A stretch of 64,000 nucleotides of DNA, from assembly GCF_009914755.1 (NCBI RefSeq), contig NC_060936.1; one strand, given 5' to 3'. Both the position numbers and the translations under genes were made by a program. The notes under the pieces were generated by a model. It saw nothing but the letters and a program-made list of their open reading frames with translations, ran no database searches and was not told the DNA's origin. Source of the DNA: the human T2T-CHM13v2.0 reference genome, Homo sapiens. Below are positions 58,000 to 64,000 of this stretch, one piece after another. Numbering within the stretch: the stretch's first letter is position 1; every line of letters starts with the position of its first letter.

Positions 58000-58089
58000 A
58001 ATAGATTATAGATAGGTAGATGGTACAATCAGAACTAGTTCCAAAAACACCAAAATAATATGTTGCAATTTATTGAGTGTTTACTATAT
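57935..58089 (+). repeat. direct repeat copy B, including a (GATA)n tetranucleotide tract
   Basis: Same sequence as copy A with a longer (TAGA)n tract; continuous with flanking MIR remnants. Confidence 0.95.
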
Positions 58090-58280
58090 GACAGATATTT
58101 AGTCCACATATAATCTCATTTAGTTGACACCAAACTCTATGAGGTTGGTACAATTATATTTCACAGAAGATGTAAGTGAGTCTTAGAAAGGCAGAGTAAC
58201 TTGCCCTAGGTTGTGAACTTAAATAAATTCAGACCCAAGACTTGGCCCTAAGTTATTTGATCCCAAAGTCTAGGAGTGTC
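58062..58280 (-). mobile_element. MIR remnant within the 1-139 3' UTR
   Basis: ATTTATTGAGTGTTTACTAT...TCTCATTTA...AGTAACTTGCCCTAGGGT...ATTCAGACCCAAG. Confidence 0.65.
58069..58074 (-). terminator. candidate poly(A) signal for the 1-139 isoform
   Basis: Minus strand CACTCAATAAATTGCAACATATTATTTTGGTGTTTTTGG: hexamer plus GU-rich downstream element. Confidence 0.65.
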
Positions 58281-59078
58281 ATTATTACCTCAATCTGTGA
58301 GCTAAGGATAAACAAGCCACATAAATGTGAAGTTTTATTTTTCCTACGGCATTACCCTAGAAAAATTATTTCATCTTGCCAATGAACAAAAAGATACATG
58401 AGAAAAACCTATATCCTTGTAAGTTAATACTTAAACATTTTCAGAAACCATTTATTTTGTATGAGCTGGTAGAAACCAGAGTTAAATTTAATTAAACAAA
58501 TTTAAGGCATGTGTTTAAAACATAATTTAAGTTCTTTACATTAAAATAAATTTGAGATTTAATTAAATACATTTAATTAAATAAAAAGTGTGAATGGCTC
58601 AGAATCGTTTATGACATGATGCTGTTCTGCAGTGTTTGTAGATAATATCAAATGCTTCTATATTCTCCCTTGAAGTGAAAGAACGTAAGAAATGAAAAAC
58701 ACTGAAGAAAGTTTGCCCAGGTGTGAGAGTAAGGGGAAGAAATACACTTCTCCAGCAAATTATGAAGATGGTCACTAGCTTCTGAAGCTTGAATATGAAA
58801 TTATTTGGTAGAGTGGTAAAGGATTGATGTTGGGTGACGGTGGAGAAAGAGGAATGGGCTCTAGCGCCTCTCTATGGTGCTGGAGGACAGGGGTGTGTGT
58901 GGTAGGGGGGTACTGCTTTAAGGCAGACAATATTCTGAGTTATTCTCTGTCAATTGCTACACAATCGATAGAGATACATAAAGGGAGAAAATTCTAGGTT
59001 TGTCCAAGCCAAGGCAGAAGGGAGGCTCCAAAACCCAGCTGAGAGCACCCCGCTGAGGCTACGGGCCAGAGAAGCCTG

Positions 59079-59546
<468 letters not shown>

Positions 59547-59970
59547 TTAGTTGCTGATAGAGACAACAAAGACATGAGTAAATCTCTTTAGTTTTCTAGT
59601 TGGTCCACCGTAAGACACAAGCTGGATGGGTAGCAAGCTCATTGCGCAGGGAAGGGTAACCAGTGGGAAGGAAAGAGCTGGCAGTTGGAAGGCTCCAGCT
59701 CATGGTCCCAGTTCTACCACTCACTAGGTTGTGACCTTGGTGGGAACATGAACATTCTTGGGCCTCATGGGCTTCAACTGTATAAAAGGAAGGGGTCAGA
59801 GACAGTGATTTCTATACTTCCTTCCCGGTTTAAAACATATGATTCAGTTATGATCAGAAATAGACAGAAACCACGGAGTATCTCTTCACATTTTTCAGAG
59901 TTCTGCTGAGAAAATAAATCTAGAAGTCGCAGCCTGGGAAATAAAAGGCAGCTGCTTTTACCTGAGTATT

Positions 59971-59976
59971 CTCTCT

Positions 59977-60030
<54 letters not shown>
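59971..60030. repeat. compound (CT)n(CA)n intronic microsatellite
   Basis: Directly visible. Confidence 0.95.
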
Positions 60031-60203
60031 GCCCCATTAAGAAAATAATAATATTGAAACAGCAAGCCGTAAGAGTAAAAACAAACAAAGGCTGAAGGAG
60101 AAGTGAGCAGTGTAGCCTGTCTAGGAAACCATCTGATTCACAGACTGAACTTTAACATTTTAGACTACTGGCTACCAAGAACATACATTTGAAGGCCAAT
60201 CGT

Positions 60204-60240
60204 CAGAGAGAGAGAGAGAGAGAGAGAAAGAGAGGGAGAG
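60204..60240. repeat. (AG)n intronic microsatellite
   Basis: Directly visible. Confidence 0.93.
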
Positions 60241-60829
60241 TATGTGTATTTTTCTGTAAAGTAGTGGGTGGTCTCCTTAAAATGGGTTTCTTTGAGTGCT
60301 TAAATGAGCTCATTCTATTTCTTCTGTGCTTCATGTTTTTTTTTTAAATTTAGAACTTCAGAGAGTATGATCCTTACTACTTAGTTGAGAAGTTCACTTT
60401 TCTACTTGCTCTCTTTGTCTTAAAATTCTCTAGGAAAAAATATAAAGGATTTTTCTATTTAAATGACACTCTAATGAAAATATCGTGAGAAAGAATAAAC
60501 TAATTCTCTATCAATCCTTTTAGATAACACCCAAACTCTTGCTTAAATGTCCATTGTGTATTCTTTTATTATTTTGTGTATATTATTAACCATATTTACG
60601 GACTGCATCTGTTAATCAGTCATATCATGCCTGCTTCAACTCTGCATTAACTCCAATTTCTACCATTGGAATAGTCCTCCAAACTGGCCCATCCTCAAAA
60701 GCATCTCAAAGTGTTTCCCAGGGCTACATCCCATGTACTCTTACTTCCCTGAAACAATGGTGTCTGGGTCCTTTGTTGCCTTTGTTGGTGCAATGTCTTT
60801 AACTCCTCAGAGAAATATGGCAATCATAA

Positions 60830-60990
60830 ATAGCATTATTACTGCCCCCATTGTATTCATGGGGAAAGTGAGGTGCAGAGAGGTTAAATGACTTGCCCTA
60901 GTCTACACAATGAGAACTGGCAGAGCCAGGGCTCCAAAAACTAGGTCTTCTGATTCTAAAGCCAAGACTGCTTTTTCAATTTCCTCAATG
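60830..60990 (-). mobile_element. MIR
   Basis: GGGGAAAGTGAGGTGCAGAGAGGTTAAATGACTTGCCC...GGCAGAGCCAGG. Confidence 0.7.
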
Positions 60991-63900
60991 CTTTCTCCTG
61001 CCTAAGCGGAAGCTGAAGCTGAAGTCCCAGCCTGTTCCTGTGTTGAGGCAACACGGTAAGGAGAGTACAGGGTATATGCATGGGGCATAGAGTAACAAGC
61101 CACCACAATAATAGGCAGATTGGACAGAAATTTATCAGTTTCCTTGAAGATCAAGCCTATTGCCCAGAAAGTTCATTTTCATCATCAAATTTAGGAACTA
61201 CAAGAGTTTGGATTATCACTGGATGAATGAGTCAAAGAAAAGAGTAAGAGATGAAAATACAGTCATCATTTCTCTGGCCCTTCTAGCTAGAATGTCAGCT
61301 ACCTTCTAGTATTTTAGTGTGTGGACTGACTTGAAGCCATGTAGCTCATTCAAAAAAGACATGACTTAATGGAAAGGAATTTAACAGGAGCCTGGTTTAA
61401 ATGAGGCATGAAGGAGTCTCTCTTTCTTTTAGAAGGTGCCACATGTGACTAGATTAAAATTCACTTACTCTGTGGTAATAGTTAGTATTCTGGAAACTTT
61501 TAAGAATCTACAAGTTTGAGGCTTTGGTACAAGGTATTTATATCCTTTAATAACATTTATAAAATAATAGGACAGATATAATTGCATATTTCATAAGCAC
61601 TACAGTTTAATAAGTATCTTTTAGCAAAATGTCACATTAAAAAGAAGTTCTTAACCACTGATAATTTATAGTATTGGGGGCTTTTATTTCTTTCTCTGTT
61701 CCTGGCAGAAGCCCTCGTCTTCTGTATTGCTCTCCAAATGGATAAAGTGTAGCCCATTTTAGCTTAACTTGAGGCCAAAACTTTTAATGGTTGGTCTATT
61801 CTAATTAAGCCACCATTGCTCATATGCCCCTTCTCATGGGCATATGTGCTTGTCATCTTGGCCAGCCTGTCAACTGTGAGTCACAGTGCCTTCCTAACTC
61901 AAGCTGCATTTTCCCAGGATAGTTCTCTTGGGAAATGCAGTGATCATTCCATCCTTCTAATTTATAAAAAGCCTACAATATGGCACAGCTTTGTTCAATT
62001 TAAAATAGTACATTGCTTACGAGGGACAAAGCTTTTCATCTGCCTTTTGGGGGAAACTGTTAGTATCTTGGAAAACACAAGTTTTCTTAAATGCTAAATT
62101 GGAAATGCTGTTAGACACTTTACTTAGTATTTCAAAAACTTCTGCAATTAAAGTATTGTGAAGAATGAATCTCTCACTAGGCAGTTGCATTAGAGGATCA
62201 GGAATATAATGGCATCAGTATAAACTAGGTATACAGAGGTAGTGAGTAATAAATTCAAATTAAGGACGTTTTCAATTTAGATAACTCTGAAATATTTAAG
62301 TTGTAAATATGGCCTCAATAATAGTCTTTTACTCAATTTGTCTGTAAACATTACATAGTACTATGGTTCACATGACACTTACATACCTAAGCTCCAAAAT
62401 GGAAAAACAGGTAGGTTATGTATCATGTTCTCCTTTGATTATTGTAAAAAAAAATTGCAAAATTTTGGGGAAATGCTTATCATAGATAACCCTAAATTCA
62501 GCCCAAACATAGTTCTTCTCCTTTAAAAAAAAAATCACTCCAAGGGAGTTTTTAGGGAAGAAGCTTAGATTTCTAAGGAACTATCAAGGAACAGAGGGCA
62601 TAAAAACAGTGATGGAAATTCCCTTTCCAGCACAGGAAGAAGCAGTATGCTTGTACTGATGCTAGGCTTCTAAGGACGGACTCTGTGTTTGAGAAGAAAA
62701 GTTCTGTGGTACATGCAAGAGACAGGGTTAGGGTGTTAGAGTTAAGATGACTCACCAGAAGGTCCTTCCAACCCAAATGACTCAGTAGAAAGTTATGCTT
62801 TTCATTAAATGGAATAGACCCAGTCTGGCTCCTAAGCAAATCAGCCAATGACGTTTTAGGTTTCTGAATCTGTGGAGTTCCCTCTCTAACTTAAACATAG
62901 AGATAGCCACCTGCCAGAAGCCTTGTTCATCTGCACAAGAACATCCATAGGCCTCACTTTCCAGTATCCAACTTGATCATGCTCTAGCTCCATTAATTAA
63001 AATCTTTGGGATTAACAGGTCAAAAAGACTCACAATTTGTAACTGCTTCCTTTGCATGGTTTAGGAAGTCTTATTGTTATAGTAATTTCCTCTCCCTTAA
63101 AAGTTAGCATCTAGTTAAAAAAAAAATCTATACTTCTAAAGCAGTTTCCCTAATACTTGGTGTGAAAACCGGGGAGTAATATGGTTTGATTATATGTTAA
63201 AATTTCTTTCAAGAAACTAGCTTGATTTAGCATAATGGTAGACTTATGTTTTGTCTAGCACACAAAATTTACTGTTACTTGGCAGCAAGACAAAAATAAT
63301 GACTTGTTTTTAAAAACTCCATTTGGCTATGATAATTTGATGAAACATCTTCATCTACTGATGATTTCAGCCTCCATGAAAAACCATGCCTGTAATGTGA
63401 TGATCTATTACCCATTAACTATGAGAATGTTTTGTGGTAGTTTTATAACCATCTGCTGAGTGTGAGTGTTTAACTACAATATTATATTTCACCCACAAAC
63501 AAAACTATAACAGTCGCTGGCTGCTAAATGGTTTCTGATGTGTGTTTTGTAAGGTGCAACAAAGAAAGAGTTAAAAATAGCCTTTAGGACAACTTAGCAG
63601 TATTTTTATGCCATAGTTGTGTATATAATCGTGAATCATTTGCTGTTTCTCAAAAGAGAAAACAGGTATTTCTTAAGCAACTTTAAAGAAAAAATTGGCT
63701 CTGTTCCAAGGTAGTATTTCTTAGCCAAATAAATATAGTATTTAAGTGTGCTTTTAAAAATTCAGTCTTCATTTCTATTTATGTATGAATTTCAAATTAT
63801 TGAATTTAAGACAAGTTTCAAAATGAGCAAAAAGTCTGAAGACAATTTTCAGAAACACATCGGTAAAATGTTGATCTGAAGAATACAATGCAGCCTTATC

Positions 63901-64000
63901 TTCGGTATAATGTTCTACACAATTTGCCTTAGGAGATTCATAATAGATTTTCATTTTGATGCCAAGGTTCCGACATGTCTAAAGTAATTTCATTTAAGGA

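Larger units (their letters stand above)
58050..59078 (-). other. PTHLH: 3' UTR of the read-through PTHrP 1-139 mRNA (intronic for the other isoforms)
   Basis: Follows TAA. AT-rich block with many AUUUA (58220-58590). AATAAA candidates at 58456-58451, 58339-58334 and 58074-58069. The end is inferred. Confidence 0.7.

Noticed and set aside
47765-58880. CTCF-like words CTAGCGCCTCT at about 47765 and 58861
   Set aside because: Spacing to the TGG half does not fit the CTCF core; far weaker than the site at 36724.

Overview
Human (primate) genomic DNA containing the 3' half of PTHLH (parathyroid hormone-related protein, chr12p11) on the minus strand, plus about 53 kb of repeat-rich downstream intergenic sequence. 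The window shows the main 423-nt coding exon (59083-59505: pro-peptide KR plus mature PTHrP 1-139) and all three alternative C-termini: read-through to TAA (1-139), the 1-173 terminal exon (57623-57728) and the 1-141 terminal exon (54307-54316 plus an AU-rich 3' UTR). The prepro exon and promoters lie beyond the right edge. The rest is ERV1/MaLR/ERVL LTRs, L1, L2, MIR, Alu, hAT DNA transposons and microsatellites. Nearly all other ORFs in the track are spurious or repeat-derived. I see no new multi-gene system. The most interesting observation is a ~140-155 bp local duplication (57935-58089 and 57064-57202). It carries a complete poly(A) cassette and sits inside a palindromic (TA)n site. It appears to have supplied the 3' end that makes the 1-173 exon a usable terminal exon. 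Other notes: a coding A11 tract, a strong CTCF motif, a triplicated Alu target site, a young L1 fragment, a 470-bp-spaced duplication in unique DNA and several candidate regulatory motif clusters. Repeat subfamily calls are from recalled consensus sequences and were not computed.
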